Shown in pieces: positions 28,369 to 37,150 of a stretch of DNA of 64,000 bases (its first letter is position 1; each line of letters begins with the position of its first letter). Position numbers and translations under genes: made by a program. Origin of the DNA: Eubacteriales bacterium (GTDB lineage Bacteria > Bacillota > Clostridia > Oscillospirales > CAG-272); NCBI GenBank assembly GCA_045538195.1, contig JAZSRA010000107.1, positions 5,904 through 69,903 on the forward strand. Direction: 5' to 3'. The notes under the pieces are model-generated. The model had not been told where the DNA came from. It was given only the letters and a program-made list of their open reading frames with translations, and did not search any database.

Positions 28369-29988
28369 TCACCTGACGATATACTGTGCGGACACGCTCA
28401 TAGTCTTCAGCGCATCGTTGTAATTTATGCTTACTCCCTCGGTTCCAAATGGCAGGATCTCCTCCTCAAGCTCGGGAATCTTATCTATCTTGCGGTCAAG
28501 ATAGAGATTTAGGGTCTTGCGGCAGTATTCGAGACGGCGCAAAAGACCGCCAAAACGAATATCGTGACAATCAAATCCCTGAGGCTTGTTCTCGGTCATC
28601 CACTGTTTTTCAAACGCCTTGGCAAAGCCCTCGACTTGACGGATCATCTCGGGATAATCTCTCTTTGCGTAAAGCTCAAGATCCCATCTCTTACCATCCT
28701 TGTAAGCCTTGCGAACAAGCACACCCATTTCGTATTTGAGAGCTAACACGTCGCAAAGACGAGCCGTAGTCTCGAAAATGTAACCGTATTTGCGGTTCTT
28801 TTTTGCAACCGCGTGCAGCTTCTCGGCAAGAGTGGCGTATCTCTCGTTTCCGCCCTCGGCGACGGTGTAGTCGGTGTAACCGTTAAAGGTGTCGGCATAG
28901 AGACCGTACTTGGAAGGATTGATGGGAGGATAATGCTGGAGCATCTGCTTGTCCGCTACGTAGTTGACCATATCAAGCAACATAAAGTCATCAAAGGAGA
29001 GACCGAATTTTTTCTCAAACTTTTCTTTTATCTTGGCTTCATCGCGGTTCCCCTTTGCGTACTCCGCAAGATAGAACAGAGCAGGCAGAGTTGCATAGCG
29101 AGAACACTCGCCGCCGTTGTCGCCCCACATCGTAAAGAACACGTTTTTTGTGCGGTTCTTTCGGCAGGCGTCAAGTGCGGGAAGCATAGTTTTCAAGGTA
29201 TAATTGTTGTTTGGAGCAAAGCCCGTCCAAGTCCAAGCACCGCCCGCAAACCAGAAGTCCTTGGTAAGCTGCTTGTGATTATACATCATATCGTCGTAGT
29301 TTTTCTCGGAGGTATGGTAGTAGTCCCAATATACTGGCTTAACTCCCTTGGGCATAGCGTTAAGAGCCGACGCAGGCATCTTCATCTTCTCACAGTAATA
29401 CTTGTGAGTTGTTGCCTCGGCAAAGAACATATCCGACCACATAAGCAGCTCGTAATCGTACTTCTTTGCGATCTCGCAAACTCTCTCAAGATGCTTTTTC
29501 ATAATGACGTCAACAGACTCAAGACCGTTCTTATCCATATATTTGCCGCGACCAAGCTCTAACGCCTCGTCCATACCGATATGTATCCTTTTTGTGGTAA
29601 AGCACTTTGAAAGAGTGGCAAACATATTGTCAATAAGCTCGTAGCATCTCTCATCTCCCACCATTATGGTTCGGTGATCATCGGACGGAAACTTGCCCCA
29701 GCGAACAGTGGTATCAAGGTGGGAAAGAGTCTGGATGCAAGGAATGACCTCCATTTTTATCGATCGACCGAAAGCGTCGATCTCCTTCATCTCGGATATT
29801 GAGTATCTTCCTCTCATATAGCCGAAATAGGGTTCTCCCTCAACCTCGTAGGTGTCCTCGCAGTAAAGAAGAATGGCATTGTAGCCCATCTTCTTGATGA
29901 TCTGCATGTATTTTTTCAAAGCGTCAACGGTCATGACCGCGTTGCGCGACATATCAAGCATTACGCCAAAGGTCTTAAAAATTTTCAT
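28369..29988 (-). CDS. GH20-family beta-N-acetylhexosaminidase-like protein, paralog 2
   Basis: 539 aa, collinear with 25061-26668 (GVMLDMSRN, IHIGMDEAL). The first ~45 nt are nearly identical to paralog 1. Confidence 0.75.
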   Translation of the reverse strand: MKIFKTFGVMLDMSRNAVMTVDALKKYMQIIKKMGYNAILLYCEDTYEVEGEPYFGYMRGRYSISEMKEIDAFGRSIKMEVIPCIQTLSHLDTTVRWGKFPSDDHRTIMVGDERCYELIDNMFATLSKCFTTKRIHIGMDEALELGRGKYMDKNGLESVDVIMKKHLERVCEIAKKYDYELLMWSDMFFAEATTHKYYCEKMKMPASALNAMPKGVKPVYWDYYHTSEKNYDDMMYNHKQLTKDFWFAGGAWTWTGFAPNNNYTLKTMLPALDACRKNRTKNVFFTMWGDNGGECSRYATLPALFYLAEYAKGNRDEAKIKEKFEKKFGLSFDDFMLLDMVNYVADKQMLQHYPPINPSKYGLYADTFNGYTDYTVAEGGNERYATLAEKLHAVAKKNRKYGYIFETTARLCDVLALKYEMGVLVRKAYKDGKRWDLELYAKRDYPEMIRQVEGFAKAFEKQWMTENKPQGFDCHDIRFGGLLRRLEYCRKTLNLYLDRKIDKIPELEEEILPFGTEGVSINYNDALKTMSVSAQYIVR

Positions 29989-30180
29989 ATAAAAAACTCC
30001 TTTTAAGGAAAATATTTATCAAACCAATTATACCAAACAAATAAATTTTTTGCAACAAATAATCCAAAAAATACTTGATTTTTTATAGGGATATAGCAAA
30101 TCAAGGGAGAAAACTCTTTATTTCAAAAATTTCTCCCTTGATTTTTATAAAATTATCAATATTGTTGCGTTTTTCAAGAC

Positions 30181-31167
30181 TCAAAGCAGCTCTGCGATGA
30201 TCTCGCCGTAGCTCTTGGGTGAGAGGTACGCGGGCGGCACGTCAAAGACCGTCTTGCATCCCACGACTCCCTCTTTCGCCATTCTTGCCGCAGCGCGAGC
30301 GTAAGCAACTATCACCGACGCGGTAAATTCGGGGTTTGAATCCAACTTGAGACTGTACTCGATAATATGATTGTTCTGAAGCTCGGTGCCGGTCTTGCCC
30401 GACCTGATAACGAATCCGCCGTGAGGGATGCCGCCATGGTCGCGCTTCAATTCTTCCATGGATATGAAATGAACCGTCGTGTCGTAGTCGGCAAAATAGT
30501 TGGGCATCTCGCGTATCTCTTTTTCGATGCGAGCCTTATCCGCTCCCTCCTCGGCAACCACAAAGCACTCGCGTGTATGCTTCTGTCTCACAGTCAGCTC
30601 GGGATTTTCACCGCGTCTGACCGCATCCAGCGCCGCCTCAACGGGAATAGTATATTGCTTGCCGTCAAGCACACCCTCGACTCTGCGTATAGCGTCGGAG
30701 TGACCCTGACTTACTCCCTTGCCCCAGAAGGTATAATCCTTTCCGTAGGGAAGTATCGCGCCTGCCATAAGACGGTTTACAGAAAACATACCGGGATCCC
30801 AGCCGACCGAGATCATAGCTATATTGCCGCCCTCGCGAGCCGCCTCGTCCACGCGGGCAAAATGCTCGGGGATCTTGGCGTGAGTGTCAAAGCTGTCGAC
30901 CACTGTAAAATGCTTTGCCAAAGCGGGGGTCTGCTGGGGCAGATCGGTAGCACTGCCTCCGCAGATTATCATAACGTCGATGTCGTTCTTATATTTTTCT
31001 ACGTCAGTAGCGGAATAGACCGCTACACCTTCAGTTGATATCTTAAGCTGCTCGGGCGCTCGTCTTGTAAACACCGCCGCAAGCTCCATATCTTCGTTTT
31101 GACGTATAGCGTTCTCCACGCCGCGTCCTAAGTTTCCGTATCCGAAAATTCCAATTCTTGTTTTCAT
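30181..31167 (-). CDS. ddh: meso-diaminopimelate D-dehydrogenase
   Basis: 328 aa. IGIFGYGNLGRGVE, GWDPGMFS, FWGKGVSQGHSDA, LKLDSNPEFTAS are collinear with Corynebacterium Ddh. Confidence 0.9.
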   Translation of the reverse strand: MKTRIGIFGYGNLGRGVENAIRQNEDMELAAVFTRRAPEQLKISTEGVAVYSATDVEKYKNDIDVMIICGGSATDLPQQTPALAKHFTVVDSFDTHAKIPEHFARVDEAAREGGNIAMISVGWDPGMFSVNRLMAGAILPYGKDYTFWGKGVSQGHSDAIRRVEGVLDGKQYTIPVEAALDAVRRGENPELTVRQKHTRECFVVAEEGADKARIEKEIREMPNYFADYDTTVHFISMEELKRDHGGIPHGGFVIRSGKTGTELQNNHIIEYSLKLDSNPEFTASVIVAYARAAARMAKEGVVGCKTVFDVPPAYLSPKSYGEIIAELL

Positions 31168-31307
31168 CGTGATTACCTTTCGCTAAGGGTTTGTTATCGT
31201 TTTTAGTATATCACTTTTTTTCTTTGTTTTCAATAGCTTTTCAAAAGTTTTTTACAAACGGCAAATATCTTTATCGAATTACGGAACTCTTTGCTTTTAT
31301 GACGAAG

Positions 31308-31336
31308 TTGACAATTCGCAAAAAGAGTGATATAAT
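31308..31336 (+). promoter_or_regulatory. Consensus SigA promoter for the metal ABC operon
   Basis: TTGACA (31308-31313), 17 nt, TATAAT (31331-31336). Confidence 0.55.
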
Positions 31337-31403
31337 TACACCGTATATTTTTAGATAACCTTGTAGTTTTACATATACGCAATTTTCAAAAACGGAGACA
31401 AAA

Positions 31404-32297
31404 ATGTCCTTTTTTTCTAAAAAAAGCAAACCGAACCACGGTGCGAAAATACCGCCCAAAAGTGCGTTCGGTCACTATAATAAAAAGCAGGGTGTAAGGC
31501 TTTCCCCTTCCGACGGAGACAAAAGCCCTCAAAAAAGCCGCGGCGTTCTCATCACCGCAGAGAATATTACCCTTTCTTACGAGGGAAAAGCAGTCATTGA
31601 CGGACTCTCCTTTGAGATACGAGAGGGTGACTATCTGTGCATCATTGGCGAGAACGGAAGCGGAAAATCCACGCTTATGAGCGCTCTTTTGGGGCTGATC
31701 GATACATCAAAAGGCAAGATTACAATCGCGGTCTCAAAAAACGAGATCGGAGTTCTCAATCAGTCCACTCTCACGGAAAGCGATTTTCCCGCCACGGTGC
31801 GCGAGGTGGTTCTGTCGGGATGTCTCGGAAGGGATTCCAAGGGGCCGTTTATCGGCAAGGCGGCAAAGCAAAAAGCCTTTTCCGCCATGGAAAAATTAGG
31901 AATCACCTCTCTTGCCGACCGCTCATTCCGAGAGCTTTCGGGAGGACAAAGACAAAGGGTGCTGATCGCTCGCGCGCTCTGCTCGGCAAAGACGGTTCTC
32001 TTTCTTGACGAGCCTGTAACGGGACTTGACCGCGCAACCGTTGCCGACGTTTACTCTATAATTGACGATCTCAACCGTAGCGGTATGACTATCGTGACCG
32101 TCACTCACGACGTCCGCGCCGCCATGGAACGCAGCTCGAAGATCCTTCGTATCAACAAGGACTCCTATCTTTTCATTGACACCGAAGATTACCGAAAGCT
32201 ATCCGAGGCGCAGGCTCTGCTCTCCGACAAGGACGACAAGAAAGACTCTCTCCCCTACGGTGAGGGCGGATTCAGATACACGGGCGGTGAAAAATGA
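31404..32297 (+). CDS. Metal (Zn/Mn-type) ABC transporter ATP-binding protein with ~55-aa N-terminal extension
   Basis: Walker A GENGSGKST, signature LSGGQRQR, Walker B LFLDEP. ZnuC-like size apart from the basic N-terminal extension. Confidence 0.8.
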   Translation: MSFFSKKSKPNHGAKIPPKSAFGHYNKKQGVRLSPSDGDKSPQKSRGVLITAENITLSYEGKAVIDGLSFEIREGDYLCIIGENGSGKSTLMSALLGLIDTSKGKITIAVSKNEIGVLNQSTLTESDFPATVREVVLSGCLGRDSKGPFIGKAAKQKAFSAMEKLGITSLADRSFRELSGGQRQRVLIARALCSAKTVLFLDEPVTGLDRATVADVYSIIDDLNRSGMTIVTVTHDVRAAMERSSKILRINKDSYLFIDTEDYRKLSEAQALLSDKDDKKDSLPYGEGGFRYTGGEK

Positions 32298-33172
32298 GTA
32301 TGAATTATTTTTGTTTAAGCATTTTAAGTTCTCTTCCGCAGAGGCTTTCAAAGATACCCGAATATCTGGGCAGCTATTCCTTTGTACGAAATGCCCTTGC
32401 GGTGTCGGTCATGATCGCGCTCTGCGCCGCTCTTTTGGGAGTTGTGCTTGTGCTTCGCCGATTCTCTCTTATAGGAGACGGACTTTCACACGTCGCATTC
32501 GGCGCGGCGACGATAGCGGCAACTCTGGGGATATTTGATTTCAGTCTGACGCTCCCTATAACGGTCATCGCCGCAGTTCTGATATTGAAAACAAGCCAAA
32601 AGAGACGCATTATGGGCGACGCCATGATAGCTGTGATCTCCGCAGGCGCTCTCGCCATCGGCTATCTTGTTCTCGACGCGGGGGGCGGAGCGTCAAATCT
32701 TGGCGGCGACGTTTGCACCGCTCTGTTCGGCTCGTCGGCAATTTTGTCAATAGATACGGCTGAGCTTATCTTTACTTTGGCGGTAACCGTCATTCTCGTG
32801 GCACTTACGGTCATTTTTTACTACAAGATATTCTCTATCAGTTTTGACGAAAGCTTTGCCAAGGCAACGGGAACAAAAACCGACGTATATAATCTATGTA
32901 TAGCCATCGTCACGGCGGTAGTTATCGTTATAGGGATGAAGCTTGCGGGCGCGCTCCTTATCTCCGCGCTTATCGTATTCCCCGCTATGTCGGCTATGAA
33001 AGTATGTAAAAGCTTCAAATTCACGCTCATTGTCGCCGCGACTATCTCGGTGATCTGCTCCATATTCGGCGTTCTGCTCTCGATAGTTCTTGAGACCCCC
33101 GTAGGCGCGACTATTGCCGCGATTGACATCCTGGCTTACGGAGTATTTGCGATAGTGGGTAGAAGAAAATAA
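32294..33172 (+). CDS. Metal ABC transporter permease (ZnuB/ABC-3 family)
   Basis: 292 aa, polytopic, ABC-3-like. 4-nt overlap with the ATPase gene. Confidence 0.8.
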   Translation: MSMNYFCLSILSSLPQRLSKIPEYLGSYSFVRNALAVSVMIALCAALLGVVLVLRRFSLIGDGLSHVAFGAATIAATLGIFDFSLTLPITVIAAVLILKTSQKRRIMGDAMIAVISAGALAIGYLVLDAGGGASNLGGDVCTALFGSSAILSIDTAELIFTLAVTVILVALTVIFYYKIFSISFDESFAKATGTKTDVYNLCIAIVTAVVIVIGMKLAGALLISALIVFPAMSAMKVCKSFKFTLIVAATISVICSIFGVLLSIVLETPVGATIAAIDILAYGVFAIVGRRK

Positions 33173-33341
33173 AATGCGATGCTGTAATCGAGCAAACGAT
33201 AGGAAGTTCTGAATCATCGCCCAATAAAGCCGTATATCAAGGCAGTTACCTTTATCAACACCGCCCTCCTTGTATCTGTTCGTGCAAAAACGACATATAA
33301 TGTAATGGTGCTTCACCAAGATTTACAAAGGAGGTAATTTT

Positions 33342-33800
33342 ATGAGCAGACAAAATCCGTTTATGCGAAGCACAAGCGAACGATACTGCAACAACTGCCA
33401 AAACGGTTGCCAAAATAACTGCAATGATCAGTAGCCCTGCTGCGATGATGATAGAGATAAAAATCCGTGTGTAGTCTGTCCGCCCGGACCTATGGGTCCG
33501 CAGGGACCCGAAGGACCGAGAGGTCCTGTCGGCACGTATCAGATACTCTTCCAAGTCAGCGTCACCGAGGCGGGACAGTTGATCTTGACCTTGAACGGTC
33601 AGGATCTTGATTATACTGTCGTAGGTCGCGCTACGGGAACGTCGCAGATCGTTGGAATGGCCGTGATAACGACCACGGCGGTCAACTCGGTTCTCACAGT
33701 CCGCAATCCTGCGGGCAACGCCGCGGCGCTTACCATCACTCCCCTCGCAGGCGGAACTCGCCCCGTGTCAGCACACCTTGTGATCACGCAGATATCCTGA
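33342..33800 (+). pseudogene. Cys-rich / collagen-like / BclA-C-terminal-domain protein gene interrupted by a single in-frame TAG (33432-33434)
   Basis: AAAGGAGG RBS 6 nt before ATG 33342. Reading MSRQNPFMRSTSERYCNNCQNGCQNNCNDQ-TAG-PCCDDDRDKNPCVVCPPGPMGPQGPEGPRGPVG... continues in the same frame into track ORF 33492-33800, which has no RBS of its own. Confidence 0.55.
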
Positions 33801-33835
33801 TATGAACGGCAAGAAGTTAAAATAGTCGGATAAAC

Positions 33836-33876
33836 AAAAATGCCGCCGAGGAGTTGTTCCTCAGCGGCAATTTTTA
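33836..33876. terminator. Bidirectional terminator between the BclA-like gene and trkA
   Basis: AAAAATGCCGCCGAGGA-GTTGT-TCCTCAGCGGCAATTTTT. Confidence 0.7.
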
Positions 33877-33882
33877 TTAAAA

Positions 33883-34533
33883 TCATTTCAGCTTCCCAAG
33901 CTTTGCCGTGTTGGCGATAACGATCAGCGTGGTTTCCCCGTCAAGTATCTGCTCGGGATTGATATTTACGTTGACCTTTTCGCCCTTCTTGATAGCGACG
34001 ATATTGAAGCCATATTTTTTGCGGAGATTTAATTCGATCAAATTCTTGCCGCACCACTCATCCTTTACGTCGATCTCGACCATAGACACGTCGCGTGACA
34101 GAGAGATCATATCAATAAAGCCCGAGCTTAGCAGGTTTTTGGCAAGACGGATACCCGATTCGTTTTCGGGGAAGACCACCTGATCAGCTCCAACGCGAAG
34201 CAGTATCTTTTGATGCATCTCGCTGGCGCATTTTACAATAACATTCTTAACGCCCGCTTCCTTGCAAAGAGTTACCGCCATCACACTCGCTTCAAGGTTG
34301 CTCGCCATACAAACGATGACAGTATCGATATTGCCGATACCAAGACGGGATATGACCTCCGCATCGGTCACGTCGGCGCATTTGCACACGGGCAAGTATG
34401 CCGCTGCATCATTGACGATCCTTTCCTCGTTATCTACGGCAATGACCTCCATGCCGTTTTCCACAAGCTCTCTTGCCACGGCTATACCGTATCTTCCAAG
34501 TCCAAAAACTGCGTATGTTTTCTTTGCTTTCAT
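33883..34533 (-). CDS. trkA: K+ uptake system NAD-binding subunit (TrkA/KtrA)
   Basis: 216 aa. Rossmann VFGLGRYG motif and RCK N+C domains. Confidence 0.85.
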   Translation of the reverse strand: MKAKKTYAVFGLGRYGIAVARELVENGMEVIAVDNEERIVNDAAAYLPVCKCADVTDAEVISRLGIGNIDTVIVCMASNLEASVMAVTLCKEAGVKNVIVKCASEMHQKILLRVGADQVVFPENESGIRLAKNLLSSGFIDMISLSRDVSMVEIDVKDEWCGKNLIELNLRKKYGFNIVAIKKGEKVNVNINPEQILDGETTLIVIANTAKLGKLK

Positions 34534-34544
34534 AATCTTCTCCT

Positions 34545-35906
34545 CTATCCTATACTGATGTCTTCCGTCGGTTCGGAAATCACGTTCTGACTTTCGTTCT
34601 TGCTGCCGAGAGCCACCGCAAGCGATATGGGGCCGACTCTGCCGAAATACATTGTTACGATGATAATAAGCTTTCCAAACGTGTTAAGCGTTGCCGTTAA
34701 GTTCCTCGAAAGACCTACGGTTGCCGTTGCACTGACCGTTTCATAGACCGCATCAATAACAGATGCGTTGCTCGTTGCCATCAAGAGTACGGTGGAGGTA
34801 GCGCAGATCGCAAGAAATGTTACCGCTACCGCTACCGCCTTCTTTACCGAACCCTCGGAAATACGGCGACCAAACAGAGTTGCGCTGTTTTTATTTCGGA
34901 TCGTAGCAAATGCCGAGCAAATGAGGACGGCAATTGTTACGGTCTTCATACCGCCCGCCGTTCCCACGGGCGAACCGCCGATCAGCATCAGAATAATAGA
35001 AACAGCGGCAGAGGCATTCGTCAGATTCTCTTGCGGGATTGTGGCAAAGCCTGCGGTTCTCGTGGTGACCGATTGAAAAAAGGACACTTGAATTTTATCG
35101 AACAATGACATATCTCCGATGGTCAACGGGTTGGAATATTCAAAAACACATATAAAAATTGCGCCGACAAGAATGAGTCCTGCCGTAACCGTGATCGCTA
35201 TCTTACTATGCAAGGTCAGGTGCCTGAATATCTTTCGGTTCTTTGACGAACGGCTCCTGACAACACGCAACACGTCCCACCATACGATATAACCGAGACC
35301 GCCGAGAATGATAAGCACGGATGTAACCGCGGTGATCAAGGGATTCGTAGCATAATTGCAAAGGCTGTTTTCCGCAACAATGTCAATTCCGGCATTACAA
35401 AAGGCGGAAACGGAATTGAAAACCGATATCCAAATGCCCACAGCGCCAAACTCGGGGACGAAAACAAACATATACAGAATAGCCCCGACGCCTTCGATGA
35501 TCAGCGTGCCGAACAGTACGTTCTTGACAAACCTTGCAAGCCCCGACATTGTATTGAGATTGAAGGCGTCCTGAATGAGCAAGCGGTCGCCGATACCCAT
35601 TTTTCTGTTCAAAAGAAGCATCAGCCCCGACATGATCGTGACAATACCAAGTCCGCCGACCTGTATCAGAACCAAAATAACGACTTGTCCAAACACGCTC
35701 CACGCAGATACCGTGGGCAGTGTAACGAGTCCCGTCACACAGGTGGCAGTGGTCGCCGTAAAGAGCGCGTCGAGGTATGGCACGGCTTCGCCGCTTGCGG
35801 AGCTGATCGGCAACGTCAAGAGCAGGCTTCCCACGAAGATGGTCAAAAGGAAGCTTAACAATATGACCTGCGTAGTCGAGAGTGTGAATTTCTTTTTTCT
35901 AACCAT
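34545..35906 (-). CDS. trkH: K+ uptake membrane subunit (TrkH/KtrB)
   Basis: Polytopic TrkH-family protein. ATG at 35906 (GAGGAAG RBS) preferred over the track start at 35942. Confidence 0.85.
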   Translation of the reverse strand: MVRKKKFTLSTTQVILLSFLLTIFVGSLLLTLPISSASGEAVPYLDALFTATTATCVTGLVTLPTVSAWSVFGQVVILVLIQVGGLGIVTIMSGLMLLLNRKMGIGDRLLIQDAFNLNTMSGLARFVKNVLFGTLIIEGVGAILYMFVFVPEFGAVGIWISVFNSVSAFCNAGIDIVAENSLCNYATNPLITAVTSVLIILGGLGYIVWWDVLRVVRSRSSKNRKIFRHLTLHSKIAITVTAGLILVGAIFICVFEYSNPLTIGDMSLFDKIQVSFFQSVTTRTAGFATIPQENLTNASAAVSIILMLIGGSPVGTAGGMKTVTIAVLICSAFATIRNKNSATLFGRRISEGSVKKAVAVAVTFLAICATSTVLLMATSNASVIDAVYETVSATATVGLSRNLTATLNTFGKLIIIVTMYFGRVGPISLAVALGSKNESQNVISEPTEDISIG

Positions 35907-35983
35907 AAGGATCTTCCTCAAAAAGCATAAAGGGACCAACATTCTCTGCTGTCAGCTGGTTCCTTTATTTTTCAGTTTTTATA

Positions 35984-36012
35984 ATTATATCACGTTGCTC
36001 TCCTTCTGTCAA
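35984..36012 (-). promoter_or_regulatory. Consensus SigA promoter for trkHA
   Basis: Minus strand TTGACA (36012-36007), 17 nt, TATAAT (35989-35984). Confidence 0.55.
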
Positions 36013-36016
36013 TATG

Positions 36017-36066
36017 TTTTTCGCGAGACGCGCGGTTTCTATTTTTCGCGAGACGCGCGGTTTCTA
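36017..36066. repeat. Perfect 25-bp tandem duplication
   Basis: TTTTTCGCGAGACGCGCGGTTTCTA at 36017-36041 and 36042-36066, each with a CGCG-AGAC-GCGCG hairpin. Confidence 0.8.
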
Positions 36067-36082
36067 TTCCGACTTCGTCGGA

Positions 36083-36229
36083 GTGATATTATCGCCCATG
36101 CGACAGTGGTATTAAAGCCTGCGGCTTTAGTGATATTTTATTCGACTCTTAAAATTGCGAAGCAAATATCACTCGTCGCAAGACGAATATCACTGCGAAG
36201 CAATATAACTCGCCTCAGGCGAATAAAAC
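36083..36229. repeat. Second heptamer + mini-hairpin array (3 forward GTGATAT-type, 4 reverse ATATCAC-type)
   Basis: GTGATAT at 36083 and 36130, GTGGTAT at 36106. ATATCAC at 36166 and 36187, ATATAAC at 36203, ATAAAAC at 36223. Interleaved hairpins AAAGCC-TGC-GGCTTT, TCGTC-GCAA-GACGA, TGC-GAA-GCA, TCGCC-TCA-GGCGA. Confidence 0.5.
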
Positions 36230-36230
36230 T

Positions 36231-36257
36231 GCGAGACTTCCTTGTGAGAAGTCTCGC
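36231..36257 (-). terminator. Hairpin terminator after the DUF1295-like gene
   Basis: GCGAGACTTC-CTTGTGA-GAAGTCTCGC, T-rich on both flanks, 24 nt after the stop at 36281. Confidence 0.55.
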
Positions 36258-36280
36258 ATTCGGACTTTTTTGTTTTAATA

Positions 36281-37150
36281 CTATTTTTTGCTTTTTGGAA
36301 TGGGAAGCAATGCTCTCGTCGCCGTCTTGTACTCCGTAAAGCCGTCTTTTTTGGACTGTCTGCCGTCCGCCAAAGGAATACTTACGAAAAAGAAGAGCAT
36401 CGTATTGGCAACCGCTCCAACAAGCAGATAGGAATAATTCACGCCAAGCGCGCTGACGGCGCATATTCCCACTCCCCACCACATAATTATCTCGCCGAGA
36501 TAATTGGGGTGACGGGAATTTTTCCAAAGCCCTTCACGGATAAATCCGCCCTTACCGCTTTTACGAAATCTGTGCATCTGTATATCTGAAGCACCTTGAA
36601 GCACCGCCGCGCCGAAGCACAGGACTATGGCAATATATGAGAGGACGTTCCCCTTCGAGCTGCTCAGCGCGACTGCCACCGCGGGCAGAGTGCAAAGATA
36701 GACCACAAGTGTCGGAACCAAATGTATTCCTACAAAATTTATTATGGGATAAAGCTTTCCCGTTTTTTCTCGGAGCATACGGTATCGCCAATCCTCCAGG
36801 GCAAGCGACTTAAAGGTATACGCCCAGTTCGCCGTAAGCCTGACACCCCAGAAAAGCACCGCCAGAAAAAGAAGCAGCTTCAAGGGCGTTAGCTTCTGTC
36901 CTATCATAAAGCAGACGAGAATGACTATAGGCTGAACGCTCCAATAGGGGTCGTATACGGAGGCATTTCTAAATATCAGACTAAAGATAAAAACCGCTAC
37001 GGTTGCAGACAGGTCGGCTATGAGAAGTCTTAACCAAAAGCTCCACAAAGATGGTGTCAGCAGATACGCTCCAACGCCCACCGCCGACGCAACAGCGTAC
37101 ACTATAGCGACGATGACAAAGCTCTGTGTTCTCGTAAAATTAAACTTCAT
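36281..37150 (-). CDS. DUF1295 / steroid-5-alpha-reductase-like polytopic membrane protein
   Basis: NSRHPNYLGEIIMWWG motif. ATG 37150 with GGGAGAA RBS preferred. Overlaps the upstream decarboxylase stop by 11 nt. Confidence 0.7.
   Translation of the reverse strand: MKFNFTRTQSFVIVAIVYAVASAVGVGAYLLTPSLWSFWLRLLIADLSATVAVFIFSLIFRNASVYDPYWSVQPIVILVCFMIGQKLTPLKLLLFLAVLFWGVRLTANWAYTFKSLALEDWRYRMLREKTGKLYPIINFVGIHLVPTLVVYLCTLPAVAVALSSSKGNVLSYIAIVLCFGAAVLQGASDIQMHRFRKSGKGGFIREGLWKNSRHPNYLGEIIMWWGVGICAVSALGVNYSYLLVGAVANTMLFFFVSIPLADGRQSKKDGFTEYKTATRALLPIPKSKK

Noticed and set aside
31168-31307. Lysine (L-box) riboswitch upstream of ddh.
   Set aside because: The leader is short and AT-rich, with no paired-helix pattern or L-box conserved segments. 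The space is shared with the divergent ABC promoter.
31404-33172. Missing ZnuA-type binding protein and Zur box for the metal ABC pair.
   Set aside because: No Zur-like palindrome is visible in the promoter region. The absence of an adjacent SBP is common (it may be encoded elsewhere), so this is not treated as a finding.
33255-33554. 99-aa minus-strand ORF with a hydrophobic stretch, overlapping the BclA-like gene.
   Set aside because: It lies antisense to a gene that has a strong RBS and collagen/BclA motifs. It has no RBS of its own, so it is likely spurious.
35943-36280. c-di-AMP (ydaO-type) riboswitch upstream of trkH.
   Set aside because: A consensus TTGACA-17-TATAAT promoter at 35984-36012 leaves a leader of about 70 nt or less. 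The structured repeats lie upstream of the promoter, and the ydaO core motifs are not seen.
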